DNA of 64,000 nt, from NCBI GenBank assembly GCA_965248835.1, contig CBDFLJ010000002.1, forward strand, positions 1,792,001 to 1,856,000, given 5' to 3'. The stretch is from Alphaproteobacteria bacterium. GTDB taxonomy: Bacteria > Pseudomonadota > Alphaproteobacteria > MPNO01. The notes under the pieces are model-generated. The model saw only the letters and a list, made by a program, of their open reading frames with translations, was not told the origin of the DNA and did no database searches. This document shows, piece after piece, positions 1 through 10,938 of this stretch. Numbering within the stretch: the first letter of the stretch is position 1; each line of letters begins with the position of its first letter. A program made the translations under genes and the position numbers.

Positions 1-713
1 GTGTCAAGCTTGGCAGAGGCGAGCAACCCCCCTGCGACCGCGACTGCGCCCGCCGCCGCCGCACCGGCGGCCATCTTCTCGGGGCTTGAGGCAAAGCGCC
101 GGACTGTCGCCGCCGGTATGATCAGCAACGCGACGATCAGCAAAACCCCGACGATCTTGATGGCGGCGGCGATTACCGCCGCCACGAGGATCCCGAACAG
201 CAGGCGCGCGCGCTCCGGCCGCAATCCCGCCACCGTGGCCAGATCGGCATTGACGGTCGCCGCCAGCAGCGGGCGCCAGATCCACCACAACACTCCCAGC
301 GCGACCGCGCCGCCCACCCAGATCACAGCCAGATCGATGCGTGATACGGCGAGAATATCCCCGAAGAGCAGCGCCCGCAGGTCGAGCCGCATGTTGGGGA
401 AGAAGGACAGGATGACGAGGCCGAGGGCGAGCCCGCCATGGGAGAGCAGGCCGAGCAAGGTGTCGGTCGGAAGCGTGTCGCGCCGTTCGAGATAGAACAT
501 CACCAGCACGACCATGGAGGCGGTGACAAATATGCCTATCGCCAAGTGAAGGTCGATCAGAATGGAGATCGCAACGCCGAGCAGGGCCGAGTGCGCAATC
601 GTCTCGCCAAAGTAGGCGAGCCGCCGCCAGATGATGAAACATCCCGCCGGTCCGGTGACGAATGCCAGCCCGATACCGGCGAGCAAGGCGCGCACCAGGA
701 AATCGTCCAGCAT
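1..713 (-). CDS. znuB: Zinc ABC transporter permease (partial, runs off window start)
   Basis: Read manually from ATG 713: MLDDFLVRALLAGIGLAFVTGPAGCFIIWRRLAYFGETIAHSALLG; follows znuC; not in the ORF track because there is no stop in the window. Confidence 0.92.
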   Translation of the reverse strand, partial: MLDDFLVRALLAGIGLAFVTGPAGCFIIWRRLAYFGETIAHSALLGVAISILIDLHLAIGIFVTASMVVLVMFYLERRDTLPTDTLLGLLSHGGLALGLVILSFFPNMRLDLRALLFGDILAVSRIDLAVIWVGGAVALGVLWWIWRPLLAATVNADLATVAGLRPERARLLFGILVAAVIAAAIKIVGVLLIVALLIIPAATVRRFASSPEKMAAGAAAAGAVAVAGGLLASAKLD

Positions 714-716
714 GGT

Positions 717-1409
717 TCAGCCCGACGACACGCCGCCGTGATGCCCGGTAGCGAGCGCAGAGCCGCCTGCGGCATGGGTCGGCTCGTCATGTTCGTGGGG
801 CACCAGGACCACCAGATCGTCGCCGGTATACACGGCCTTTTCAATGTCATGGGAGATCAACAGGACACCGCAGTCGAGATCGCGGCGGATGTCTTCTATC
901 AGTTCAAGGAGCACATCCGCTCCGGCGGTATCGACGCCCTGGGCCGGTTCGTCGAGGATCAGCAGATCGGGCCGGTGAATCAGTGCCCGAGCCAGCAGCA
1001 GCCGTTGGAGCTCGCCGCCCGACAGAGTCGTGACCGGCGGGTCGCCGAGTCGTTCCAGACCGACGGCGGAAAGTGCGGCGTCAATGTCGCGGGCAGCGAA
1101 ATGGCCGGTCAGCGTCATCAGACGGCGCAGGGTCAAGGGCAGCGTAGGGCTCACCGCCAATCGCTGCGGCACATAGCCCACCTCCAGCGACGGCGCCCGC
1201 TCGACCGTCCCCTCGTCGATGTCGATCAAGCCAACGACGGCCTTCGCACAGGTCGACTTGCCGGCGCCGTTGGCGCCGATCAGATAGACCAGCTCGCCGC
1301 GAACCACCTTGAGGTCGACATGACGGATGATCCAGCGTTCGCCGCGCCGCACGCCGATGTCGCGGGCGCTGACAAGCTGGCGGGAACCGCCGGGCTGCGC
1401 GTTTTCCAT
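717..1409 (-). CDS. znuC: Zinc ABC transporter ATP-binding protein
   Basis: Walker A GANGAGKST, LSGGELQR signature, LDEP; start uncertain (1409 or slightly upstream). Confidence 0.92.
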   Translation of the reverse strand: MENAQPGGSRQLVSARDIGVRRGERWIIRHVDLKVVRGELVYLIGANGAGKSTCAKAVVGLIDIDEGTVERAPSLEVGYVPQRLAVSPTLPLTLRRLMTLTGHFAARDIDAALSAVGLERLGDPPVTTLSGGELQRLLLARALIHRPDLLILDEPAQGVDTAGADVLLELIEDIRRDLDCGVLLISHDIEKAVYTGDDLVVLVPHEHDEPTHAAGGSALATGHHGGVSSG

Positions 1410-1652
1410 GGTCACATCTTCTGCGGGAGCCGGCGCGCAGGATTCCATTGCGACGCAGCGCCCACACTTATCGCTGAACCGCGCCGCGTGGAAGAAACGC
1501 ACGCGGCAGCTTGCATGGCCATGGTTGTCCCAATTCGAACGCGGGGTAAAGTGATTATCAGGCCGGACGCTGTCACACGAGTCACCGTATGAACAGCGAG
1601 GCCGGACACGAGATCACCGTGACTATTCCCGCGCATTTATGGAGATACACCC

Positions 1653-2696
1653 ATGGGTCGTCCATCGCCGATGCTGCGACGCTTCCGTCTCGCGACCGCC
1701 GCGGCGGCGTTCTTCAACTGCGCGGTCGCCGGTCCTGCGGCAGCCGACGGCGCCGTTCGGGTCGCGGCCTCGATCAAGCCGGTGCATTCGCTGGTGAGCG
1801 CCGTGATGGCCGGCGTGGGCGAGCCTCGCCTGATCATGCGCGGCGCTACGTCACCGCATACCTTCAGCTTGCGTCCGTCCGACGCTGCCGCGCTTGAGGA
1901 TGCCGACGTCATCTTCCTGATCGACGAGTCAATAGAGACCTCCCTCGCCGGCCCGATCGACACGCTCGCCGGCAACGCCCGGGTGATCACGTTGTCCGAG
2001 GCGAAGGGCCTGGTCCGCAGGCCGTTCCGCGAGGGAGGAACGTTCGAGGCCCACGACCATGGCAACGACGATGACCACGGGCGCCATGAAGGCGAGGAGC
2101 ACGCCGGAGAGCGGCCGGCCGCGCACGGGGACGATGACCGCGACGCCGATGAGCACGCTGCGCTCAACATGCACATCTGGCTCGACCCGGTGAACGCCGG
2201 AGCGATGGCACGCATGATCACCGGCACTCTGTCCGAGGCCGACCCCGCCAATGCGGCGATGTATGCGGCCAATGCCCTGGTGCTCCTCCGCCGGTTGGAC
2301 GAACTGACTGCCCAGATCTCCGCGGAGGTGGCTTCGGTCCGCGGCAAGCCGTTCATCGTATTCCACGACGCCTACCGGCATTTCGAGGATCGCTTCGGCC
2401 TGACCGCCGCCGGCTCGGCCGTGGTCAGCCCGGAACGATCGCCCGGCATCCGGCGCATTCTGGAGCTCCGCGGCAAGGTGCGCGACCTCGGCGCGACCTG
2501 TGTGTTCGCCGAGCCCCAGTTCGAGCCGCGCCTGGTCAACACCATCATCGAAGGCACGCCGGCACGGGCCGGCACCGTCGATCCGTTGGGCGCCGCCATA
2601 GAGAGCGGACCCGAGTTGTACTTCACGCTCCTGCGCAACATGGCTGCATCGTTCAAGGACTGCTTGGTTTCGGCAGGTCGGGGGCGAAACGAATGA
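1653..2696 (+). CDS. znuA: Zinc ABC transporter substrate-binding protein
   Basis: Signal peptide, SIKPVHSLV, SPH, His/Asp-rich loop, HIWLDP, FHDAY; divergent from znuCB. Confidence 0.93.
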   Translation: MGRPSPMLRRFRLATAAAAFFNCAVAGPAAADGAVRVAASIKPVHSLVSAVMAGVGEPRLIMRGATSPHTFSLRPSDAAALEDADVIFLIDESIETSLAGPIDTLAGNARVITLSEAKGLVRRPFREGGTFEAHDHGNDDDHGRHEGEEHAGERPAAHGDDDRDADEHAALNMHIWLDPVNAGAMARMITGTLSEADPANAAMYAANALVLLRRLDELTAQISAEVASVRGKPFIVFHDAYRHFEDRFGLTAAGSAVVSPERSPGIRRILELRGKVRDLGATCVFAEPQFEPRLVNTIIEGTPARAGTVDPLGAAIESGPELYFTLLRNMAASFKDCLVSAGRGRNE

Positions 2697-2859
2697 AGAA
2701 AAACCGAGCCGATGCGCATAACCGTATCCGAAGCCGTCCCGCTCCTTGCGGTGGAGGAAGCCCGCGCGGATACGCCGCTGATCTCACAAATGCAGGATGG
2801 GCTCCGGCGTAAAATGATTCCGTTCTAAGATGCGCGATTGAGACGGCGAGGGAGAGGTC

Positions 2860-3735
2860 ATGGAGAACATCCGGATCGGCGATGTCGAGGTCGCAAGCAT
2901 CATCGAGCGCACCGGACCGTGGCGGGATCCGACGGCGATGTTTCCGACCGCCGAGCGGGCGCTGATCGACCGGCATCTGGCCGAGATGCCCGACTACGTC
3001 TACGACGCGGTGCAGGATCTCCTGGTGATCACCTATCAGACCTTCGTCCTGCGCACGGGGCGGCACACCATCCTGATCGATACCTGCGTCGGCGAGGACA
3101 AACCGGCCCGCGGCCCGAAGCTCGACTATCCCAAGAAACCCTGGCTCGACGGGTTTTCGGCGCTCGGGCTGCGCTTCGAGGACATCGACTATGTCTTTTG
3201 CACCCACCTGCATGTCGATCACTGCGGCTGGAACACGCGCCTGGTCGACGGGCGCTGGGTGCCGACCTTCCCCAAGGCCAGATACGTCTTCAGCCGGCGG
3301 GAATACGAATTCTGGGAGGCCGAGACCGCCAAGGGAAGCGATCCGCCGGGCGAGGTGTGGCGCGATTCGTGCCTGCCGGTGCTCGAGGCCGGCCAGGCGC
3401 TCCTGGTCGATGACGACTACGCGCTCGACGACAGCATCTGGCTGACACCCACGCCCGGCCATTCACCGGGCCATGTCTGCGTCAACGTCAAGTCGGGCGC
3501 GGCAAGGGCGATCTTCACCGGCGACCTGATGCACCACGCGCTGCAGTGCCGCGAGCCGCACTGGTGCTCATGCTTCTGCTACGACGAGGCGGGCTCGACC
3601 GCCTCGCGGCGCAAGATCCTCGAGGCGGTGGCCGATACCGACACGCTGGTCATGCCGTGCCACTTCCCCGGTCCGACCGGCGGGCACGTGCGCACCCAGG
3701 GCGCTGCGTTCCGCTACGCGTTCCTCGATGGTTGA
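2860..3735 (+). CDS. MBL-fold metallo-hydrolase
   Basis: THLHVDHCG, PGHSPGH, GDLMH motifs; GAGAGG RBS. Confidence 0.9.
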   Translation: MENIRIGDVEVASIIERTGPWRDPTAMFPTAERALIDRHLAEMPDYVYDAVQDLLVITYQTFVLRTGRHTILIDTCVGEDKPARGPKLDYPKKPWLDGFSALGLRFEDIDYVFCTHLHVDHCGWNTRLVDGRWVPTFPKARYVFSRREYEFWEAETAKGSDPPGEVWRDSCLPVLEAGQALLVDDDYALDDSIWLTPTPGHSPGHVCVNVKSGAARAIFTGDLMHHALQCREPHWCSCFCYDEAGSTASRRKILEAVADTDTLVMPCHFPGPTGGHVRTQGAAFRYAFLDG

Positions 3736-3797
3736 GCGCGGCGCCGGTTGGCACACGAGATAGAACGAAGTTGGTTGACCAGGAATTGACCCCGCTC

Positions 3798-4199
3798 ATG
3801 GCGGTTGATCCACGCGACGGCCCGCCGGTTCCGCCGACGCTTTTCCACATCTGCCGGCGTCAGGATTGGCACGCCGCTGCGGACAGCGGCCGGTACGGCG
3901 GCACGGCGGTCGACCGCCGCGACGGGTTCATCCATTTCTCGACCGCGGCACAGCTTCCGGGCACCGCCGCGCGCCACTTCGCCGGCATGGACGGGCTGAT
4001 CGTCCTGGAGGTCCGCAGCGCGGCACTCGCCCCTGCGCTCAAGTGGGAACCCGCACCGAACGGGACCCTTTTCCCGCACCATTACGGCGCGATCGCGGCA
4101 AGCTGGGTGGTCGCGGTCCACCGGCTCGAATGCGGCGCCGACGGCGCGCATCGCTGCGAATTTCTCGTGCCCGAGAGCGCTCGGGACAGGGCGGAATAG
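3798..4199 (+). CDS. DUF952 domain protein
   Basis: FHIC...W, DGFIHFST, LKWE, FPHHYG; start uncertain. Confidence 0.8.
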   Translation: MAVDPRDGPPVPPTLFHICRRQDWHAAADSGRYGGTAVDRRDGFIHFSTAAQLPGTAARHFAGMDGLIVLEVRSAALAPALKWEPAPNGTLFPHHYGAIAASWVVAVHRLECGADGAHRCEFLVPESARDRAE

Positions 4200-4393
4200 A
4201 GGCGAATGTCCGTCGATCGGGCCGGGCTTGCGGTGGTCCCCGCGACCATGCCGGCGGCCAAATTTAGCGGCATCCAAGCCGCGCTGCGATGCAATCATCT
4301 TCGGCCGGACCGGGCATGGACGTGCGCCCGGCGGTGTGGCCGGTAGGCCGGATTTGGGCGTAAGAACAGAATGATAGCGACAGGAGGCATATC

Positions 4394-5413
4394 GTGAGCG
4401 GTCTTGTAATCTCGGCGCGGACGGGCGTTGCAGGCTTAGCGATGCTCTGACTGGCGCACGTCGCCGGCGGTGCGGCGGCGCAGAAATACGACATGAAGAT
4501 CGGCTTCGTGACGGTGAACGATTCCCAACACGAGTCGGCCAAGATCTTCGCCGAGAAGATCAAGCAGCGCACCGGCGGCGAGGTCGGGGTACGGATCTTC
4601 CCGCTCGCCCAGCTCGGCACCATCCCGCGCCAGGTCGAGGGCATCCAGCTCGGCACCCAGGAAGGCTTCCTGTCCCCGCCGGGCTTCTTTGTCGATCTCA
4701 ACCCGGCATTCCAAGCCCCTGACGCACCTGCGCTTTTCAAATCGCAGTTGCATCAGCACAGAACGCTCAACCACCCCACGGTGCGCGACAAGTTCCTCAG
4801 CCTGGCCGCGCATGCAGGCGTTATCGGCAACTACACCTGGTCGGCCGGTGCGACGGCGGTGGCCTCGCGCAGGCCGATCAAGACGCTCAAGGACTTCCGC
4901 GGCATGAAGATCCGGGTGCTGGCGACCAAGATGGAGACCGCGGTGCTGGCCACCGTCGATGCGACGGGGATCCCGATGCCCTATTCGGAGGTGCTGCCGG
5001 CGCTGCAGCGCAATGCGCTCGACGGGGTGCGCTCGGGAATCATCGTCATTGGGCCGTCCAAGTTCTATACCGTCGCCAAACACATCTACAACGAGAAGTC
5101 GGGCTTCATCCCGAGCGCCTTGTGGATGAACAGGGGCTGGCTCAACAAGCTGCCCGCCCAGCACCGGGCGGCGATCTTCGAGACCGGCAAGGAGATGGGC
5201 GACATCACCGGGAAGATCGCCGTGGAGATCACCGCACGGTGGGAGAAGCTTTAGATCGAAAAGGGCGGCACGTTGACCGAGCCGACTGCGGCCGACCGTG
5301 CCGAACTGTTCCGGCGGGCGCGCCCGCTGGGGGACGAGTATTTGGGCACCAATCCCAAGATCAAACCGATGTACGAGCTGATCAAGAAGGCTGCGGCGAT
5401 GACCGCCGGCTGA
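4394..5413 (+). pseudogene. TRAP substrate-binding protein DctP with two in-frame stops
   Basis: AGGAGG RBS then GTG 4394; in-frame TGA 4448-4450 in the signal peptide and TAG 5252-5254; DctP-like frame continues to TGA 5413. Confidence 0.82.
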
Positions 5414-5575
5414 GACCGATCGCGGACGCGCCGGGATTCCGTCCGAGGCCGGACCAAACGCTCCGAAGGACGGCTTGCGCGCAAGGAACCGCCGGCTCGA
5501 GGGCGCCCGGCGCAACCGGCAGAAACGGGTTGGCTGCCCGATCCTGCATGGCCGTTCGGAAACCTGGCGCGCCCG

Positions 5576-5603
5576 GTGTCGCATAAACCACTTTATGAGG
5601 CAC
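5576..5603. other. dif/Xer-like tyrosine recombinase core site (11-6-11)
   Basis: GTGTCGCATAA-ACCACT-TTATGAGGCAC; arms 9/11 inverted-complementary. Confidence 0.5.
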
Positions 5604-5748
5604 CGATCGAAGGGCTCGCCAGGAAGGCGGCCCACCCTGGAGGCATGCCGATGTTGTAGCTGGGCCGAAGGTTGTGAGGCGAGCCGTGCAGGCTGAGAAA
5701 GCTGTGGACTTCGTGCCACGTATACCGTTGTGTGAAGCGTCCGCACAT
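5593..5748 (-). pseudogene. SOS response-associated peptidase (SRAP) N-terminal remnant
   Basis: MCGRF...PSYNI start typical of SRAP, then homology is lost; 51 aa only. Confidence 0.8.
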
Positions 5749-5897
5749 GGCTACGAGACTATCGGCCTTTCGCGACCTCACCCAGCTTGTTCCATGAAGA
5801 GACCACGGTGCAGGCGCTTAAAGAGCCCGGCGAGACGGCGCGTTCGAAGTCCCAACTCTGGGCGCAGATGGACGAACGGAGGCGCTAGGTTGTTCGT

Positions 5898-8800
5898 CTA
5901 TTCGGCCGCTACGCGGAATAACCTTTGAAACCTAGCGTCGGTCTCTAGATGCGGCATTGCTGCTCTCATCTTCTCGAGCATCACGCGAAGCGCGTGCAGA
6001 TGTTGAGGTTGCACCCCGTCCTGCCCCACCACTCGGTCGAGAATCTTAAGCGTCACCTCCGGATGCGTTCTGGGCGGTTCGCTGTCGTGAAGGCGATATA
6101 GGTCTCCTTGCGTGGGTTGCAGGTAGTTCAACGACCAGGCGGCTGCTTCTGGAAACGCGTCGCCACACGCCCCACCACTCGGTCGAGAATCTTAAGCGTC
6201 ACCTCCGGATGCGTTCTGGGCGGTTCGCTGTCGTGAAGGCGATATAGGTCTCCTTGCGTGGGTTGCAGGTAGTTCAACGACCAGGCGGCTGCTTCTGGAA
6301 ACGCGTCGCCACACGCTGCGAGCATATTCAGCATGCCTTTCGACGTCGCGGCCGTATTGCGGGCGGCTGCCGGTGGCCAATATCTCTCAAGCCACGGACC
6401 TACTTTCTCGCGCCAGACCTGTGCTTGCTCGGCAGCTTCGCCGGTCAGGCGTTGCGTCAGGCACTCGAGGACTGTTTTCAAGTCTTGCTCCGTCATCGAG
6501 TTCGCAACGCTGCGGCGCTCCTCTTTCGTCAGCTCATTGGGTGCTTCAAGGCAGATCGCCATGAAGATCATCGTGAGATTGTGCTTTGTGCGCGCGCCTA
6601 CCTTGCCGTCTCTCAGTGCTTCGAGGAACGGCTCCTTGATCGCCTGGAGCAGGTCGGGTCCGATAGTCCGGGACCATCCGTAGGCGTACCAGAGATTGGT
6701 CGCCTCCGCCGAGACCTCCAGGCTGAGAAGCGGTATTAGCTGTCTCTTCGCCCAATCCTGGTCCACCGCAAACAAGTACGGCAATCGCGTCGCGAGCATC
6801 ACGCGGCCGAGGTGTCCGCGCGGGTTATCAGCAATCGCATCGAAGTACGGGCGCACAGGTGCCGGCAGGCCATCGCCTGCGCTTGGTTCGTACTTCAGCA
6901 GTCGAAACACCGCTGCATCTGCCAGTTTTCCTGCCGAATCATTCAACGCATCGGTGATCGGGTCGTTCGAATCGACAATCTCGGCGGGTTCTCCCATGCC
7001 GAGCGCGTTCCATGCCTTTGTCCAAAGTGTTTCGACTTCCTGCTCTCGGTCCGTCTCGTACGTGTTCGCTAGTCCCTTCACGAACTCCGCCGCTGCCGAC
7101 CCGACCCCGGCAAGGAGTTCGTCAGGCGCCTTGGCAAGAATGTGGGCTACATGTTTCTGCAATCTGGCATTGGGCTTCCGCCGTTCAGCCGAATTGGCAG
7201 TGGTCCACAGGACCCACTGCCAGTACATTGGGGGCCATTTGTCGTCGGACGTCAGCCGCCGTAGCGCCCGCACGACCTTCACCGGCTTTGCCGCCGCAAG
7301 CCCGCGAAATGCATCTTGTTGAATGCTTTCGTTCTCGAGCGCTGCAGCGACATCGTCGACGTTTGCATCGAGCAGATCCTCCGGCGCCAGTTCCTCCTCG
7401 CCGATCCATCGTGCAGCGCCGTGCCATTTTGTGAACTCGTCCCGCTCGATGGGTTCGCCTTGAGGCGGCGGTTGGTATTCGCTGGCCAGGTTCATGGCCT
7501 TCCTGTCGAGCCGTGCTCCCGATGAAGCGAGCTTGTGAAGGCGCAACGCTTGCTCTCTGCGGATCCGCTCGTCGTAGCCAGGTGGCAATGTTCTTGGCTT
7601 AGTCCTCGGTCCCGCGTGAATGGCTCGCACTATTTCGGTGCGCAGGCTGCGCGGCAGCCGTGACCCTGCCCGTCGAAGGAAGCGCAGCGTCTCGCGGCGA
7701 AGTTCGCTCTCCCATATACCGGGTCTCCGGCCCGCGATGAGCAGCTTTTTCGCCAAGTGGATGTCGGACTTCGGATTCTCGGTAAGGGCGTGAAGAGCCT
7801 GTCTCCGGAACAGTAGCTGCTTCGACAGCGCCCAGCGGTGTAATAGGTTGGCTGCTCGCGCTCTGTCGCTCCCTGCCAACGCTCGATAACCGTCGCGAAC
7901 CAAGTCGATTAGGTGGTTCAATCCTTTCTCATCCTCATCGTGACGTGGATTCTGGTCATGCGCGGCAATCGAAGGTCGGTAGAGGGATGAATCCGGATAG
8001 ACCCCATCAACCTCCTGCGCCAGAGCCAGGGCCTGGTCCAGATAACCTGTCAGCGTTTCCGCGTGTCGTGACAGAACATTTTCCTTCTCGAGAATTTTGT
8101 TGATCTGGTACCGGGACTCCTTATCGCTGACCGCAAGCTTCAGATGACCGCACGCCTCGATGGGTGGAACTGGGCGGTTCTTGCCTTCAACGTGCCGCTC
8201 GAACTCCAGGCGCGGCGCGGGGCCGGGGGCCACAGTGAGCCGCGGCGCCATGCTCTCGACTGCCGCATCTTCGATGCATCGACGCTCCGTGTCCCAGGCG
8301 GCTCTTGCATGCTGGCTGGCGATGAAGAGGAACTTCGCCGTTTCCTCCGGATCCTGGTTCGCGAGGACGGTCCACAGCAGCCTCAGCCTCGGCGCGATCT
8401 TCCTGGACGGGTCGCTTAGATTTGCTTGCACCGAGCTTCGCAACTTCGGGTGCATGTGCCCTCCGCTTCGCAGCACCCAGGCGAGGACCTGGGGCACGTG
8501 CAGATGGCGCGCTATCCAGAAAGCAAGGTGCCCCCTCGTCTTGTCGAGGTTGTTGGGATTCTGTGACTCAAACCCGCTGCCCACGAGCCGCACGAAGATG
8601 GGTGCTTGGTCCCCTGCGCCCGGGTTTGCGTTCGCAGGAGCGCATTGGAGCAACCCCCTTTGCGTGAACATCTCAAGCCACATCTCAATCTTCGGATAGT
8701 CGTTTTCATCCACGATGGGAGGGTTGTAGGCCAGCGCCTCTAAGGCAACCGGGTCTCCCAACGCCCAGATCATTCGTTCGACCACGGGATCGTTCGGTCC

Positions 8801-9748
8801 GGCGGGCATTTTGGAAATTCCATTGAGGGCGATTTTGGAACGGGCCTCGAAGGGGTCGTTTCGGACCCGCGCCCACTCCGTCAGTGTCTCGGCGAGGAGA
8901 CGGTGACCGTCCGAACGATCATACAGGATCGGTTCGACGTTCTTTGCGAGCCATCCATTCCGTGCTCTCTCGATCCCCTCGGACGAGCCATCGTGATCGG
9001 CAAAGGCGTAGGCTTTCTCGATTCGCGCGCCTTTGTCGCGTTCCGCGGCCAGCGCATCGACCAAATAGGCCATCACTGGATCACTGACGCTGTAGCCCAC
9101 GAAGAGGACGGTGAATTCGCGAAACAGTTCGGCGACAAATCGTGCCGCCCATCGCTCGGTCAGATATGCACGCCCGAAGTCCGCTGCCGTGAGGACCAAG
9201 TTCGAGCCGTCGTCCCCTTCGACGATCCGTCCATGCAGGTGCACTAGACTCGACCAGCTGTGTCGCTTCGGCACAGGCAGTTTGGGAGCTGCGTCAACGA
9301 GGGGTTTGACCGGCACAGCTTCGACAAATCGGTTGTCGAAGTTCGTGGTTATCAGGCGAACCCCGTGTTCGGTTCGACCCAGTTCGATCAGTGCCCTGTG
9401 AACACTGAGTTCACCGGATGGCGGTTTCGAGAGGCGTTCGATAACCGTTCGCCGCAGTGCCTGGGGTCCGAGACGATTCGGTCGCTCCAGTAAACCAAGC
9501 GCCTTATCGAAAAACGGCCGTCTACGGTTTTCGTTTGGCTCATCACAGTCGAGGGCCTCTGCCTCGACCGCGTCGGGGATCATGCCGTTCTTGGCGTATA
9601 TGTGCTTTACGAGTTCTGCGAAGCTGGGAAGTTTGGAGTTCCGATCCATCGAGACGCCGGCGCCGCAAAAGAAGACAACGTCGCCGCTGTCGGCCTCATT
9701 CATGACGCTGACGGGAATTGTTGGACCGTTGGACACCAGTTCAGGCAT
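5898..9748 (-). CDS. dsr1: Dsr1-like anti-phage SIR2 NADase, C-terminus frameshifted by a tandem duplication (as-is ORF 6128..9748)
   Basis: NGPTIP...VVFFCGAGVS, TTNFD, HLHG, FGRAYLTERWAARF, FVGYS; about 1.2 kaa; native C-terminus lies in 5898..6131. Confidence 0.82.
6025..6316. repeat. Exact 146-bp tandem duplication (6025-6170 / 6171-6316)
   Basis: Identical copies CCCACCACTCGGTCGAG...CGCCACACGC; 2-bp GC microhomology at the junction. Confidence 0.97.
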
Positions 9749-9787
9749 GACGGGTATTCTCCACTCTCCGGCGTGCGAGAAAGAAGT

Positions 9788-9997
9788 TCATCGAGCAACC
9801 GAGAATAACTTCATAGAGTTGGCGTCCAACTCCGGCTCATCCCATCTCCGGGCGACCGTCTCCCAGCGACCTATCGCGTCCTGAAAGCGCAGATCGTCGG
9901 CCAACAGGTGAAACGCGTACAGCCAGTTGACGACCTGCTTCATCAGATCGCGCACCGTATCGGCCATTCGGGGAATCCAATGCCTAGGGAGATGCAA
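9788..9997 (-). other. Short ORF of unknown function directly upstream of dsr1 (possibly a gene remnant)
   Basis: 69-aa ORF on the same strand as dsr1; no recognisable motif. Confidence 0.3.
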
Positions 9998-10550
9998 TGT
10001 ACGAATTCCGCAGTCCCATCGTGGCTCCGATACGTCTTTCGCGCTCCCGTTCCCACGCCGCGACCGGATCGGACTCGTGCCATTTCAGCAATTTGGCCTG
10101 TGCCATTCTCACTTTCACTCCATACCGGTCCGCCATATAGAGCATCGCTCGGGCAATCTCACCCCGAACGCCATCTGCGGGCTCAGACACCTTCGGCCGG
10201 CCTCCCACCTCAAAATCACACGCTCCATACTCCCGCGTCTCGCCCTCGACAGCGCCGAACGAGTGAGCGGAACGATCGCCGTTCACCTCGCCTCCGGCCG
10301 GAAAGAGGTTGTGGGGGTCGGTGTAGGCCGCCATGAACGCAGGATCCACGCCTCGCTTGGCGCAGCATTTCCGGCTCTTGAACGGCGTGCCGTCCGACTT
10401 CACGCAGAGCCCGGGACCCTCGGTCCAGCATGAACGCTCCCGCCCGAACCAGGACGCCGGCACGACGTGTTCCCACTCGATGCGATCGGAGCATCTCTCG
10501 TTGCTGCGGGCCTCGAGACTGCAGGCCACTCGGTCAATGTCGCCGCCCGA
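9984..10550 (-). pseudogene. Endonuclease I (EndA/Vvn family), N-terminally truncated
   Basis: IEWEHVVPA, HNLFPAGGEVNGDRS, RGEIARAMLYM; no signal peptide; joined to a dctP fragment. Confidence 0.85.
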
Positions 10551-10767
10551 GCTGGCCGGCGGAGAAGACCCGCACGTCGACCCGGTTGCCGATGCGCCGC
10601 TCGACGTTCTTCTCGAAATTGATCATCCACTGGTGGACGGTGTCCTTGATCGTCACCGAACCGATCTTGATCTCGATCTTGTCCTTGGCCCACGCGCCGG
10701 ACGCGAGGACGAGCGATGCCGCGAGGTAGGCGACGAGCGTGCGAGTGGGGGTGAGGATCGACTTCAT
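10534..10767 (-). pseudogene. TRAP DctP N-terminal fragment
   Basis: Signal peptide then IKIG...VDVRVFSAGQLG, then stop at the endA junction. Confidence 0.78.
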
Positions 10768-10938
10768 TCTCCATTAGCGGACCGATCCCCGGGGCGGATC
10801 GTGCGCGACGTTCCCGGCGGAGGAACGATGACATCGTGGGCGAGGCCGGCAAATTTCGCCCCTTCTCCGGCGCGGTTGACTTGCCGAACGGGGTTGCTAC
10901 CGTTGCCTGGAGCGAACCGTTCTGGAGGTCCGCGGTCG

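Noticed and set aside
1500-1650. Zur box between znuC and znuA
   Set aside because: Expected from context, but no convincing AT-rich palindrome could be identified
2712-2828. 38-aa ORF MRITVSEA... resembling a Phd antitoxin start
   Set aside because: Similarity limited to about 8 residues; no toxin partner
4448-5254. Stop-codon recoding (Sec/Pyl/alternative code) in dctP
   Set aside because: Two different stop codons, and both are used as normal terminators throughout the window
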